The notes under the pieces are model-generated. The model saw only the letters and a list, made by a program, of their open reading frames with translations. It was not told the origin of the DNA and made no database searches. This document shows positions 26,118 to 36,499 of a DNA stretch of 64,000 bases, piece after piece (position 1 is the first letter of the stretch; each line of letters starts with the position of its first letter). Origin of the DNA: a virus (taxonomy: Duplodnaviria > Caudoviricetes). The DNA lies in IMG/VR virus record IMGVR_UViG_3300044796_000401, one strand, 5' to 3'. The position numbers and the translations under genes were made by a program.

Positions 26118-29100
26118 TCACAGACTCGTCTGGACGACAAACGTCACGCTCGCATACAGAAGCGAGAAGATTGGCTTAAAAGTCACAGTGACATCGACTT
26201 CGGTCGGGTCTTGCGGGTTCACGACAACGCTGAGGTTCTCGTACGCACTGACGATTTCGATGTTCACGAGCGATGTCAGGCGTGCGTTGCAGACCACCCG
26301 AATGTCCGTCACGAGGCTGTCCACCAGCTTGCGGCCTATGAACTGCTGCAAGTCGAGGCGGAACGCCTGCGCCACATAGTCGGTGATCGTCACCGAAGTC
26401 GGCTCGCTGGTCAGGTCGTTCGACGGGTCGGTCGTCTTGTAGTGGCGAATCTGCAATGCGCCGTTGTTGTTGAGCAGCATGGTCAAGCCGTTGGCTGCCA
26501 TGTTGTCCATCGTCGGGTCGTCGTAGGTGATGAGCAGGCGGCTGAACCCGACCAAGTTCTGGAGGGTAAGAGTCGTCGCCACGTCGTTCGACGGGTTGCA
26601 GTTCAAGCCCGCCATGGCGGCTGCCATGAATGGACCGTCCACGGGGTATTCCATCGCCACGCCGGTCGTCCGGTCGGTGATGAGGATGCCCGCGGCTGCG
26701 TTGCCGATGGCGATCATGCGGCTGTTGCTCAAGCTGACGGCGTTTGCCGAAGCCTGCGCCGCGGTCGTGAATTGGGAGTAGCCCACGAAGCCGATCGCCT
26801 CGCCCTTGAAGCGCGGCCCGGCTTGGGTGATAAGCTGGCGGCTCAGCGCTTGGTGCACCGCGGGGTCGTTGCTCAGGGGCACGACCACGTTCACCTTGCG
26901 GTTGAGGCCCGGGATGTTCTTCGTGAGTTGCTGCAATGCGCCGATGAAGTCCGAGGAGGCGGCATAGTTCGTGCCGGGCTGCACCGGGACTTGGATAGCG
27001 CCGAAGGTCTGCACGCCGTTCAAGGACATCAACTGGATGCCGAGGGACAGGCGGTTGACCGTGCTGGGCTGCCCATACTGGGCGTAAGCGTCGGACGGGT
27101 TGGTGTAAATCTTCAGGGCGTAGTCCGCGGCGGTCTTGCTGGTCGTGAAGGTCACGTCGTAGAACGTGCCAATTGCCGGACCCTTGCCGGAACCACGGAA
27201 CGTGCTGATGACCACGGTGTCGCCCGCGGTCGAGTTGTAGTCCGAGACGACCTCGGTGGTCAGGCCGGGGATGGCTACCCAGTTGTTGAACTGCGCCGGG
27301 AGCGTTCCCGGCGTGCCGCAGTAGCGGACGGCGGGAGAAACCCCGCCCACCGCGTCGGCGGCTACAGCGAACACCAGTATGTCGCCGGGCGTGAAGTTGT
27401 AGCTTGGTGAAATGGTTTGCCCGCCGTAGGCGGAAGAGGAAGCATCGGCCGGGTTGACGACCGTGATGCGGAATCCGGTCACAACGTCTTCATAGGTCTG
27501 GTCAAGATAGCCGATGTTTGCGTTGCCCGCCGTGACGGAACCAGAGCCCTTGGCGTTGGTTGAGCTTACCGTGTAGCTGTGGGTGATGGGGGCGGTTGTT
27601 CCATTAACACCGCCCAAGAGGGGCGTGGCGGCTGTAGTGGCGGCTTGACCTGAGGTTGTACCGCTGGCTATGCAGGAGATTCGCCCGCCATCAGTTGTTT
27701 CAGCCGAGGGGAACAAAGCCGCAATCTGTTGCAAGGTGAGGGGAGTGCTCGCCCAGTTGGCATAGATCGTGACGAGGTTACCGTTCACTGCGACAGGGAT
27801 AGAATTCGTACTCAAGGCATCGATGGCGATCTGGACGCTATTGCCGAGAATACCCGGCGTAGCCGCCGTGAAGAGCAGGTGCCCAGCACCCGCATTAAAG
27901 TTCAACGTCAAAGTTGCTTGAGCCGGAGAAACGACGATTTGATTACCATCGTTATTGAACGTCAATGTGACAGTCTCATCGACTGCCGTGCCAGCTTGAG
28001 CCTGATAGTCCGGTCTGCCGTTCGGATAAACGACTCCCGTGGCCGCAAAGGCTGCGGAGAGCGCTACCGTGCCGCTCGTGAAAGTCACAAGCGGGGACAC
28101 GCGGTTGAGTTCGTCTGCGATGATGAATGTGCCGTGCCCGCTGTAGCCGGAGGTCACGACCTGCACGGAGTATTCGTGGGTCTCAAGCGTGTTGCGATGG
28201 TACGATGCATACACGTTGTTCCCCAGAGCCGGAGGATTGTACAGAGTGACTTGCTGCGCCACAGAAGACAGTGATGCCACCTGCACCGCGCCAGCGAGAA
28301 ACGCTTCAAGGGGATCAGAGCCGACATAGACCTGAATGTTCTTCGGATCGTCTGTTGGACGGCCAAAGCCATCTGTTGGCGTGTCGAGAATTCCGAAGGC
28401 TGTAGCCCTGCTGCTGGCGACACCCGTCAGCGGACGAAGGAAAACCTGCTCGTCTACGAGGGATGTGGTCACTTCGGCCGGGGTGAAGTTTGCGTTCTCG
28501 CCAGCGGCGGATACGCCGATGGCCTCGCTGGCCGAATTGCCCCAGTTGATCGTGCCGTTGCCGTCCGCATCCACGCCGAGGGCAAAATCCACGTTCTGGA
28601 GGTAATCGTTGCGGTTCGGGCCGAGTCCGACGCTCACGATGGAGGCGATGTTCGACGCCGGAAGCAGGTCGTATGTGTTCTGCCACGTGTTGTAGTAGTA
28701 CGTGAAGGTCAGAGTTGAGCCGTATGCTACCGGGGATGCCAGGGTGACAAGACCGTACTGACCATTGACCGTGGAAACGGGTGCGGACAGCCCATCCACT
28801 TCCGCCGTGACGTTCGCGGGATTGATCGTGGTCACGCCGCCGTTCGTACCGTCAGTGATCGGGAAATTCTTGACTTGGAAGGTCGTGTTGCTGTTGTTGC
28901 CCTTGCCGCCCGCGAAAGGCAGAGCGGCTGTTGCGGACAATGTGGTCGATGCAACGCCCGTAATTGCATTAGGCGCTTGGAGGTATCCGCCGTCAAGCGT
29001 TGGAATGCTCGTGCTGTTGATCAAGGAGACCAAGCCCGTCAAAGTGCGAACTCCCGTGGGAGCATTCAAAGTGACGGGGCTGCTGATATTGATCACGATG

Positions 29101-29753
29101 GCGTCCGTGCCCGCGCCGGAAACAGCCTGCGCGTCCGGCACAGCCAGACCGGCCACGAATTGAAGCGTCACAAGATTGCCCGACGCACCCGGAGTGCTGA
29201 GGCTCAATACGACCGAGCCGCTCGTGGGCGGCGACGCTTCCGTCGTCGGAACAGTCAAAGTTGCATACTGCGGAATCTGGAGATGCGCATCCTCGTTCGT
29301 GACGAGCGTGTCGCCGCGCTTGAAGTTGTAGGTGATCTCAAGCGTCCAGCCCTGCGGGATGATATCCTGCGTGGAGAAGACGCCCGTCAAGCCGACCAAG
29401 GAAACCACGGTGACAGGGAGCACGTTGCCGTCCGTATCGACGGCTTGGACCTGGACCTTGCTCGGGTCGTTGGTCACGACGCCCTTGCCCGTCCCGTCCG
29501 TCACCGGATGGTAGGTGGTCGTGAAGCTGTGGGTAAAGCCGCTGACCTGATTCGAGATATTCTCGTTCACCGCCTGGTCGTCCTGCACCGAGGAGGAGCC
29601 GCGGAACAGTTCGACGTTCGGGAAGCTGAAGAACTGCTGTCCCTCGCCGATGATCACCGGGACGCGCGCGGTCCCGATCGCGGCCGAGGCCAGCGGATTG
29701 AAGATTTCGGTTGTGTAGACGCCTGGAGGTGCGTAGCTTGTAAACAGTGCCAT
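26118..29753 (-). CDS. Contractile tail sheath protein (1211 aa)
   Basis: N-terminal YAPPGVYT and C-terminal sheath core (AAAMAG...L..QNLVGF...PTEVDVTVTFKPIFSLLY). Confidence 0.9.
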   Translation of the reverse strand: MALFTSYAPPGVYTTEIFNPLASAAIGTARVPVIIGEGQQFFSFPNVELFRGSSSVQDDQAVNENISNQVSGFTHSFTTTYHPVTDGTGKGVVTNDPSKVQVQAVDTDGNVLPVTVVSLVGLTGVFSTQDIIPQGWTLEITYNFKRGDTLVTNEDAHLQIPQYATLTVPTTEASPPTSGSVVLSLSTPGASGNLVTLQFVAGLAVPDAQAVSGAGTDAIVINISSPVTLNAPTGVRTLTGLVSLINSTSIPTLDGGYLQAPNAITGVASTTLSATAALPFAGGKGNNSNTTFQVKNFPITDGTNGGVTTINPANVTAEVDGLSAPVSTVNGQYGLVTLASPVAYGSTLTFTYYYNTWQNTYDLLPASNIASIVSVGLGPNRNDYLQNVDFALGVDADGNGTINWGNSASEAIGVSAAGENANFTPAEVTTSLVDEQVFLRPLTGVASSRATAFGILDTPTDGFGRPTDDPKNIQVYVGSDPLEAFLAGAVQVASLSSVAQQVTLYNPPALGNNVYASYHRNTLETHEYSVQVVTSGYSGHGTFIIADELNRVSPLVTFTSGTVALSAAFAATGVVYPNGRPDYQAQAGTAVDETVTLTFNNDGNQIVVSPAQATLTLNFNAGAGHLLFTAATPGILGNSVQIAIDALSTNSIPVAVNGNLVTIYANWASTPLTLQQIAALFPSAETTDGGRISCIASGTTSGQAATTAATPLLGGVNGTTAPITHSYTVSSTNAKGSGSVTAGNANIGYLDQTYEDVVTGFRITVVNPADASSSAYGGQTISPSYNFTPGDILVFAVAADAVGGVSPAVRYCGTPGTLPAQFNNWVAIPGLTTEVVSDYNSTAGDTVVISTFRGSGKGPAIGTFYDVTFTTSKTAADYALKIYTNPSDAYAQYGQPSTVNRLSLGIQLMSLNGVQTFGAIQVPVQPGTNYAASSDFIGALQQLTKNIPGLNRKVNVVVPLSNDPAVHQALSRQLITQAGPRFKGEAIGFVGYSQFTTAAQASANAVSLSNSRMIAIGNAAAGILITDRTTGVAMEYPVDGPFMAAAMAGLNCNPSNDVATTLTLQNLVGFSRLLITYDDPTMDNMAANGLTMLLNNNGALQIRHYKTTDPSNDLTSEPTSVTITDYVAQAFRLDLQQFIGRKLVDSLVTDIRVVCNARLTSLVNIEIVSAYENLSVVVNPQDPTEVDVTVTFKPIFSLLYASVTFVVQTSL

Positions 29754-29812
29754 GGGTTTTCCTCTTAAAAATGGACTTCATCTAGGGGCATAAAAGTCCG
29801 AATTTTCTAGTG

Positions 29813-30169
29813 TTAATCTTCCTTTGGCTCGGGAGTTTGGACCGAAACGAGCTTTTTGTCGGTCGCCACGTACTCGCCTATGCCGACCGCCGTAAGGCCT
29901 GTTTTGCCGCTCTCCCGTCGAATCTTGTCCCGCTGAGCCTTCCGTTCAATGACCTTTTCCCACCGAACCTCGGCATCCTTGCCGATCGCCACGTCTATCG
30001 TCTTGTGGTCCATGCTGGCGGTCAGGACGCCCGGAGCGACCAGGAAGGCATAGAAAGAGTCCTCCCCGCACCTCGGGCACGGCAGGCTTTCCGGCAAGGG
30101 CTTGTGGATGGACTGGCGGAACTCCTGGACCACGCCGCAGCTATCGCATTTGTAGTCGTAAGTCGGAAT
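29813..30169 (-). CDS. FmdB-like zinc-ribbon protein, apparent ATT start at 30169
   Basis: (M)PTYDYKCDSCG...LPCPRCG; the first CxxC lies upstream of the track's GTG start; GGGAG RBS before the ATT. Confidence 0.7.
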   Translation of the reverse strand: MPTYDYKCDSCGVVQEFRQSIHKPLPESLPCPRCGEDSFYAFLVAPGVLTASMDHKTIDVAIGKDAEVRWEKVIERKAQRDKIRRESGKTGLTAVGIGEYVATDKKLVSVQTPEPKED

Positions 30170-30205
30170 GATTGGCTCCCTGTATTTGGGGCGGAAAGTC
30201 GTATT

Positions 30206-30817
30206 TTAGGGGAGGAATTTAACAACTGGGGGTGGTACGTCAAACGGACGATTTAACTGTTTAGCTCGGCCTTTAGCACCGATCCACTTTCTAAACTCTG
30301 GGGTATACTTCTTTCTTTCGAGGCTTTTTTTACGAATCAACTCTCGGGTTTCGACCGATTGTTCTTTCCCTAACATGCCAAAATGACCGGGAACACGACC
30401 CAAGTTTTTATTCCGGCACCTTTTACAGATGCCGCGAACTCCCGTCTTGCGCCTATGATCCCGCTGAAACTCTTTTATGGAGGTGTAGGCTTTATGTGTT
30501 GAACACCAAGCCATTCCTTCAGGCGCTATAACATTGTGGTTCCTACGTTGGTGCTGAATGTTGCATCTCTTATGTGAAAACCCTATGTTATCCATACTCC
30601 AAAACAATCCAGCCGAAACTCCACGCCACGGCTGTTTATGGTCGAGACTTGCATCTTCCGCTCTTTCGATCTTTTTACCGCATCGAATGCAGCTATCTAA
30701 CCCTGCTAGACAGATTAGATGAAATCTAACCTTTTGTTTCAGTTGGGATTCAGCGTTCTTTGGAAGGCCCACCACGGCATAAACCTGTTTTCTACGATCC
30801 CAGTTCCACTTGTCCAT
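30206..30817 (-). CDS. HNH-like homing endonuclease with zinc finger and NUMOD3-like tail
   Basis: CIRCG...SLDHKQPW...NIGFSHKRCN; WCSTHK...CKRC; QSVETRELIR. Confidence 0.7.
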   Translation of the reverse strand: MDKWNWDRRKQVYAVVGLPKNAESQLKQKVRFHLICLAGLDSCIRCGKKIERAEDASLDHKQPWRGVSAGLFWSMDNIGFSHKRCNIQHQRRNHNVIAPEGMAWCSTHKAYTSIKEFQRDHRRKTGVRGICKRCRNKNLGRVPGHFGMLGKEQSVETRELIRKKSLERKKYTPEFRKWIGAKGRAKQLNRPFDVPPPVVKFLP

Positions 30818-30834
30818 GGTTCTTAATACTGACT

Positions 30835-32730
30835 TTAACGATAATTAGGAATAAATTGAGCAGCACCTAATGCTTTTAATCGTGACGCCATCTGTAATTT
30901 TCCCTGGAAGCCGGGGTTCGACGGGGTATTGGTGATCTCGTACCGCACGAGGCGGGTGATCAGTGGCACGTACACCTTCCAGTCGGCGGACGCCGTGACG
31001 CCCACCGTGTAGATGTAGCTCGGGGCGGTGGCGCTCGGGTCGCGTGCCGCGCCTTGGAAATCGCGGGTGGCCTCGAAGACCGTCAATCCGTCCGCCTCGC
31101 AGTTCTCCCGCCCGAGGATCAGAAGCTGCTGCTTGAGCATCTCGCTCAGGTCGGAGGAGGTCTGGAGGTCGTTGGACTTGACCTCCAGCGTGAAACTGAT
31201 GTTCTCCTTGGAGCCGAATACCTCGTAAGTCTCCGTCAGCGTTGGGCTTACTACAATGGCCGCCTGGTCCCCGACGATGACTTGGTCCCCGACGGCCAAA
31301 ACGAGCCCCGGCAGGAAGTACCGCTGCTGCCCGTTGGCGAGCAGGGGGCTGCCCGCGGAGACCTGAACCGATGCTGGCTGGGGCTCCCCCTGTGCGGCCG
31401 GGGGCTGCTTGAACTGGATTGTGTTGGGATCGACGACAATCAGGCTGTTGAGTTCCCATTTCTTGGCGCTGGCTTTGACTTGAGGAGTTTCGATCCGGAC
31501 TTCCCAATGGCAGTATTCCCCCGGCTGGAGAAGCTGGGACAGGATGATGGTCCCGTCGGACTCCGCCGTCAGGCCGGTAAAATCCCCCGCCGTCGTGTGG
31601 ATGAAGGCTTGGCCGGGAGCCAATATCTCGTCCGGCTGGAGCCCAATCCGGAGGATGTTCTCGGGGTTGGTACCCGATGTCACCATGGGGTTGAGCTTCG
31701 TCACAGCGTTGCAGTACAGGACGGAACCGCTGGGCGACCATGCGGCAAGCTGGATGAAATTGCTGCCGTACATCGTGTAGTCGAGGTTCGGGCGCAGCAC
31801 GTAGCCGTCCTGGTCCGTAATGGTGAACCCGAGATTCGCCGGGATGCTGACCAGTTCGGAACCGCCGAGGGTCTTCTGGCAAATCGTCACGGTCTGCTGG
31901 CGCTCGTACCAATAGTCCGCGAGGGGTACGAGGGTTTGCCCGGCAAGGGGGTTTGGAATGTCGGGGGACAATGCCGCATAGGGAATCCAGACCGTATCCG
32001 GCCCCGGCAACTGCCCGACGTTTGAAATAGCCGCTTTCCATACGGTGGCGGCATAGGTCACCGTGGCACCGGTCGCATAGGTGATGTCGGGATTCCAAAC
32101 GGGGGCGAACAAGCTGTTCGTCCATGTGCAAACAAGCTTGTTGACCGGGGTGAGCAGGTTGGCAAACGCGCCGTTTGTCTGGTTGAATCCCGCAAACTGC
32201 ACCGGATTTCCCGTTTCCAAATCGGACATGGAAAGCAGCGTCACATCGATGCCAGGACGGAAGAACACCTGCGAGCCCGCGGCGTTCACGATCTTTCCTT
32301 CTTCCCACCTGAAGTACTGGCAGGTGAGCCCGATATCGTTGGTCTGCTCGTTGAAGTAATCGACGTTCAAGTAGTACACGCCAGCGGCGGGCGTCCGGCG
32401 GGTCTTGTCGGTCTCGCGCACCCATTCGACAAGCTGGCCGGGCTTGTCCCGCACCTTCGCCAGGATGGCGCGCCCCTGCTGCGTACAGAGAAAATAGTCA
32501 AAGGAGAGACGCGTGCCTGCGGTTGTTACGTTTCTAATTATGACTTGCGTGTCGTTCCATTTTATGTGCGTGTTCGAGGGAAACGTCACGGTCCCGAGCG
32601 TGTTCTTGAACCGGGGATTTTTTTCTACAATATCCCTCACGATTCTAATGATATACGCAACGAGATTTGCCCCAGTCAAGTCTAAAATGTTAGTACCAAA
32701 GGATTTACTCCTTCGCCTCCCCTTGTCCAT
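30835..32730 (-). CDS. Virion structural protein (tail completion/terminator-like); true start uncertain, near 32688
   Basis: 631-aa GC3-rich ORF between neck and sheath genes; the track N-terminus overlaps the upstream endonuclease. Confidence 0.6.
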   Translation of the reverse strand: MDKGRRRSKSFGTNILDLTGANLVAYIIRIVRDIVEKNPRFKNTLGTVTFPSNTHIKWNDTQVIIRNVTTAGTRLSFDYFLCTQQGRAILAKVRDKPGQLVEWVRETDKTRRTPAAGVYYLNVDYFNEQTNDIGLTCQYFRWEEGKIVNAAGSQVFFRPGIDVTLLSMSDLETGNPVQFAGFNQTNGAFANLLTPVNKLVCTWTNSLFAPVWNPDITYATGATVTYAATVWKAAISNVGQLPGPDTVWIPYAALSPDIPNPLAGQTLVPLADYWYERQQTVTICQKTLGGSELVSIPANLGFTITDQDGYVLRPNLDYTMYGSNFIQLAAWSPSGSVLYCNAVTKLNPMVTSGTNPENILRIGLQPDEILAPGQAFIHTTAGDFTGLTAESDGTIILSQLLQPGEYCHWEVRIETPQVKASAKKWELNSLIVVDPNTIQFKQPPAAQGEPQPASVQVSAGSPLLANGQQRYFLPGLVLAVGDQVIVGDQAAIVVSPTLTETYEVFGSKENISFTLEVKSNDLQTSSDLSEMLKQQLLILGRENCEADGLTVFEATRDFQGAARDPSATAPSYIYTVGVTASADWKVYVPLITRLVRYEITNTPSNPGFQGKLQMASRLKALGAAQFIPNYR

Positions 32731-33419
32731 CCTTTATGACTGTTTCGCCCACCGTGGAAAACTGAACTCATGTGGGATGCGGATAACCCACGTCCCGCAC
32801 AAAACCCTTTCAGATTTGTAATTGAAACTGTTTTGCCTTCAGGCGACCGCAATACGAAAGTTCTGGAGTTGGCCGCTTGAATTTTTCGACGAGTGGAGTC
32901 TGACAGATGCTTCCCAAAATTGGAATGGTCTTCTCCCCGCGCTCCCATCCGCTGACGTGATGCTAACGTATGTTTCTTGCCGAAGAAATGGTTATCTGCC
33001 CCCTGTGTATGCTCAGAAATTGCCTGCTTCGCTTCCTCAGATTGGTGCTTGCCGAACATCGGGTGCTTTATCCCGATTCGTGCCCGCATCAACGCCTTCT
33101 GCTTTTCCGATTGATGGAATCCAAAATTGCTCTCACCGCCTAGCGTCAAGTTATAGCCCCGAGAAAGGTCGTTCGATTGATGCTCAGCAATTGCTTGCAT
33201 TTCTAGGGAATTTAATTCTTCATTGGTTGAAGCGGTTGCGAGCAACTCAATTTTGAAGGCTGCCGCCCCATATTTGCGAATAGCAGCGCTTAAGACTGGG
33301 CATCCTTTTCCCGTCTTTGCCATATACTTGTGGACAGTCCACCGACGACCGAGTGTCGTCACAGTTCTCCCGATATAAACCTTGCCGTTGACCCGATTTG
33401 TGATCTTGTAGACGACCAT
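32682..33419 (-). CDS. GIY-YIG homing endonuclease with NUMOD3 repeats
   Basis: VVYKITNRVNGKVYIGRT, GYNLTLGGE, HPMFGKHQSEE. Confidence 0.9.
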   Translation of the reverse strand: MVVYKITNRVNGKVYIGRTVTTLGRRWTVHKYMAKTGKGCPVLSAAIRKYGAAAFKIELLATASTNEELNSLEMQAIAEHQSNDLSRGYNLTLGGESNFGFHQSEKQKALMRARIGIKHPMFGKHQSEEAKQAISEHTQGADNHFFGKKHTLASRQRMGARGEDHSNFGKHLSDSTRRKIQAANSRTFVLRSPEGKTVSITNLKGFCAGRGLSASHMSSVFHGGRNSHKGWTRGGEGVNPLVLTF

Positions 33420-33439
33420 TCCAAGCCCCTAATACTGCT

Positions 33440-33772
33440 TCAGATAGGCGATTTAACGCCATCGAGCAAATGCCTGATCGTCGCCGTGGAGTACGAATAA
33501 TCGTTGTTGTGAAGGAAGGCCCGGAAGTCGAATTCGAAGGTCGGGTCCGAGGGCTTGTGCCCGTCTTCGAGGAAGAACTCCATGGTGTCCTTGGCGAACT
33601 GCATCTCCTCGGGATCGTCTGGCTGATCGTTTAAGTCCGTGTAATCGTGGGTTTCCAGCCATTCAAGAACGTCGGGATGCTGCGGGACTCCTCGTTCCCC
33701 GTCTTTGTCACCGAGGACGCTTTCCATCCATCTATCGAACGCATCGATGGGCTGATCGAGGCGCATTACCAT
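33440..33772 (-). CDS. Acidic hypothetical protein
   Basis: ORF track, overlaps the upstream stop, GC3-rich. Confidence 0.65.
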   Translation of the reverse strand: MVMRLDQPIDAFDRWMESVLGDKDGERGVPQHPDVLEWLETHDYTDLNDQPDDPEEMQFAKDTMEFFLEDGHKPSDPTFEFDFRAFLHNNDYSYSTATIRHLLDGVKSPI

Positions 33773-34290
33773 CCACTGGGCACGTCCAAAGAGTGTCCTG
33801 CTTCGCCCTTGCTGAGTTCGTCCGGGCGGCCGTAGTTGGTCGGGCCATCCGTGATCTTGACGAGCAGAGCGCCATAGTCAACGCCCGGCGGAGGAGCGGG
33901 AACGTACTGCTGGATGGGTTCGATCCACTGCTCGATGGAGCGGCGAATGTCGTTTATGCCGACGCGCCCGCCGAGGCGCGGGTACCAGCGGTTCTCAATC
34001 TGAAGATACCCCTGCCACGGGTAGTCAAGAATGTTCCATTGGCTGCCGTCGCGGGCTTGGAAAGCAGCGCCGGGGATCATATAGGCGAAGAAAATCTCGT
34101 CACCCTGGAGCGGAGAAAGGGGATTGGGAAGCTGCATATTGCCGGGGTTGGGTTCGAATTGCACGAATGTTGAAATTCTTGAATCCGAGGCATCTCCTAC
34201 GAGTTTTTGTAGGTCTGGGTTGATGTTCACTTCGTCGGACTCATCCAGCACACGGGCCGTCTTTGCTAGGGTTTCAGCGTCAAATGCCAT
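33766..34290 (-). CDS. Hypothetical structural-module protein
   Basis: ATG with GAGG RBS, GC3-rich. Confidence 0.7.
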   Translation of the reverse strand: MAFDAETLAKTARVLDESDEVNINPDLQKLVGDASDSRISTFVQFEPNPGNMQLPNPLSPLQGDEIFFAYMIPGAAFQARDGSQWNILDYPWQGYLQIENRWYPRLGGRVGINDIRRSIEQWIEPIQQYVPAPPPGVDYGALLVKITDGPTNYGRPDELSKGEAGHSLDVPSGW

Positions 34291-34332
34291 GAGGGTACCT
34301 CTCTTAAAAGGTTGCGGTAGACGCCTTTTTGG

Positions 34333-35162
34333 CTATATGTCCGAGCTTATGCACAGCTTGCAAGCTGAGTTACGGATTCCCCGGTTAGTGTGCCAACGGG
34401 TGTGAAGGCTTTTAGCGTGGCCTTCTGGTGTTTTTATTCTAGCTAAATGCCCACTTTCAACGTTTTTGCGCCCCTGAACTTTACCGCCTAATGACCGCAA
34501 CTGCGCCATACGTCCACTCTCAACCGCCTTACGCCCAGCCAATGCAGCGATCTTCGCCAGATGTCCACTCTCGACGTTTTTGCGCCCACCGATCCTTCCG
34601 CCCTTTGCACAAGATTCCTTTGTACGAATACGGTAAATTTGCCCACTCTCAACCGCTTTGTCTCCCAACTTTTTGGCCCATCCGCTTTCGACATTTTGCG
34701 ACCGACTATCGGACCCCCTTTACGTCCGCCTCTAGCAGCAGCGCCCAGAGCAAAGATGCCCGTGCCGTTCTTTTTATTCTCAAGCCCGTAAAAACTAGAG
34801 ACCTCAGCCTGATGCGCCCCGCCCCTTTCATAAACCTCGGCGTATAGCGGCAACTCGTCAACGGAAACTTGCGAAGCGTACTTCCTGAACTTGGTCATGA
34901 AGAAAAACACCCGCTGGAACGACTCGCATTGCGGGGCGCAAACCGCAAGCCAATAGTGCGCCCTGAAGTGATCAGCGGGCGAGACACGGATTATGTTGTC
35001 GAAGTTCTTAGCGTACTCAGGGAACTCTTTCTTGGGAAGGATGCGATGTTTGTTGCCGTGTTTCGATGTGGGCAAAGACTCGACGAAGGCGAAGTACGGC
35101 GCAAAGTCCGTATCAGGGACTTTTTCAACCAAAGCCTTGCGCGATGTGTCGGAAATCAGCAT
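34333..35162 (-). pseudogene. Frameshifted HNH-like homing endonuclease (track ORFs 34488..35162 and 34333..34668)
   Basis: One A is missing in the run at 34694-34697; restoring it joins the frames into GRKNVESGWAKKLGDKAVESG, matching downstream GRKNVESGHL repeats. The core has HRILP where paralogues have HHILP. Confidence 0.7.
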
Positions 35163-35199
35163 CTACATTATATACTGAAAGTCCAATAGTTTCTTTGAT

Positions 35200-36495
35200 T
35201 TACGTCTGAATTTTTCCGAAGGAAATTGATCTTCCAACCTGCGGATTGACATTTTCCCAGTCCTTGCCCGGCACGGTGCGGGGATCAAAAAGTGGTTCTC
35301 CCCCGCCTTGTCCATCCAGCGGATCAGGCCGAACCACGGGATTAAAAAGCGTAGGAAGTCCTTGGTTCAGCGGGATCAGGTAGCGGGTGTCGCCCGGCGA
35401 AAGCAGGCTCACCGTGAAGTCCTGCTGGAGTATGACGCCGCGGGGCATCTTGTAAACCACGTTGCTGATGACGTTCCGGTCGCCGTTGCGCCGGACGATG
35501 AGGTCGCCGTTCTGGACGATGGGGGTGCGGGTCAAGAAGCTCCGGGAGTCACGCGTGGTCTTGATGCCGCCCTCGTTCAGTTCCCGCATGATCGCCGAGT
35601 CCGGGGGCACGAACAGGAGGTCATACGGGCCGATATACCCGCCGACGAAACCCGTCTCGAAGCATGTGCGGCACCCGGTCTTGCCCTGCGTCAAGCCCGC
35701 GGTGCACCCGCAGGGCTCGCCGCGCCACTTGCGGAACAGCACGTAGGCTGGCTCTCCGACCTCCTCGAAAATCCACTGGTTGCGATTGACCATCTCTTGG
35801 AATTCCCAGCTTATCTGGTCCACTTCCTGCGTGTTCTTGATCACGCTGCCCCGAGCGCCGGGAGCATGCGTCTCGTGCCCATCCTTGCCCACCGGTACAA
35901 CCGTATAAAATGTGCGATTTAACGCCGTATAGATGTCCACGAGGTTGCTGACCTTGTAGTAGGTGGCCTTGAACGCCGCGATTCCCGACCAGTCGCCCTT
36001 CCACACCACGCCGTTGCTTGCCAGCGGCAATGCTGACAATGCACCGCCTTCCGGAAGAGTGTTATCCATTTTCAGCCAGATCGTGCGGTCGAAGCCGTCC
36101 ACCTTTGCTGGGCGGAAAGTCTGGGCGTCATCAAAGTTCCCCGAGACGGAGGTGGTGACGAGGACATCCGTGGGATCGTTGCTGACCACGGGGCGTCCCT
36201 GCACCGCACGGGAGAACGGGGGGTCGGGAATGCGGAATACGAATCTTCCCAATTCTCCTCGTTCGATCCAGTCCGAATCCTGCACGCTGTGGACGACCTC
36301 GACCAACGAGGTCATGTCGCGATAGAAGTGCCCGCCCACGGGAACTTGGCTGATCTTCGTCCAGTTCGCCGGGTAGTCGAACGCCCGGTAGATTGAGTAA
36401 CCGTGAGTTGCCTCTGGAATGTCAGAAAACCAAATATCCCGTGACCCGACGTACGAGCTATTCAGTATTTGAAGGTTTTGTACCATCGGTACCAT
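35200..36495 (-). CDS. Neck/head-closure-like structural protein with zinc-binding insert
   Basis: CGC...CRTCFETGFVGGY motif and NGDLIVRRNGDRNVI segment; position in the head-tail joining region. Confidence 0.55.
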   Translation of the reverse strand: MVPMVQNLQILNSSYVGSRDIWFSDIPEATHGYSIYRAFDYPANWTKISQVPVGGHFYRDMTSLVEVVHSVQDSDWIERGELGRFVFRIPDPPFSRAVQGRPVVSNDPTDVLVTTSVSGNFDDAQTFRPAKVDGFDRTIWLKMDNTLPEGGALSALPLASNGVVWKGDWSGIAAFKATYYKVSNLVDIYTALNRTFYTVVPVGKDGHETHAPGARGSVIKNTQEVDQISWEFQEMVNRNQWIFEEVGEPAYVLFRKWRGEPCGCTAGLTQGKTGCRTCFETGFVGGYIGPYDLLFVPPDSAIMRELNEGGIKTTRDSRSFLTRTPIVQNGDLIVRRNGDRNVISNVVYKMPRGVILQQDFTVSLLSPGDTRYLIPLNQGLPTLFNPVVRPDPLDGQGGGEPLFDPRTVPGKDWENVNPQVGRSISFGKIQT

Positions 36496-36499
36496 CGGG

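Noticed and set aside
25653-27410. 585-aa plus-strand ORF
   Set aside because: Antisense shadow of the GC3-rich sheath gene; no motifs or RBS. The same applies to 49704..51230 (+), 28875..29768 (+) and 3714..4790 (+).
30845-32425. 526-aa same-strand alternative-frame ORF
   Set aside because: Arg/Pro/Gly-rich off-frame product expected from high GC3; the 631-aa frame has normal composition.
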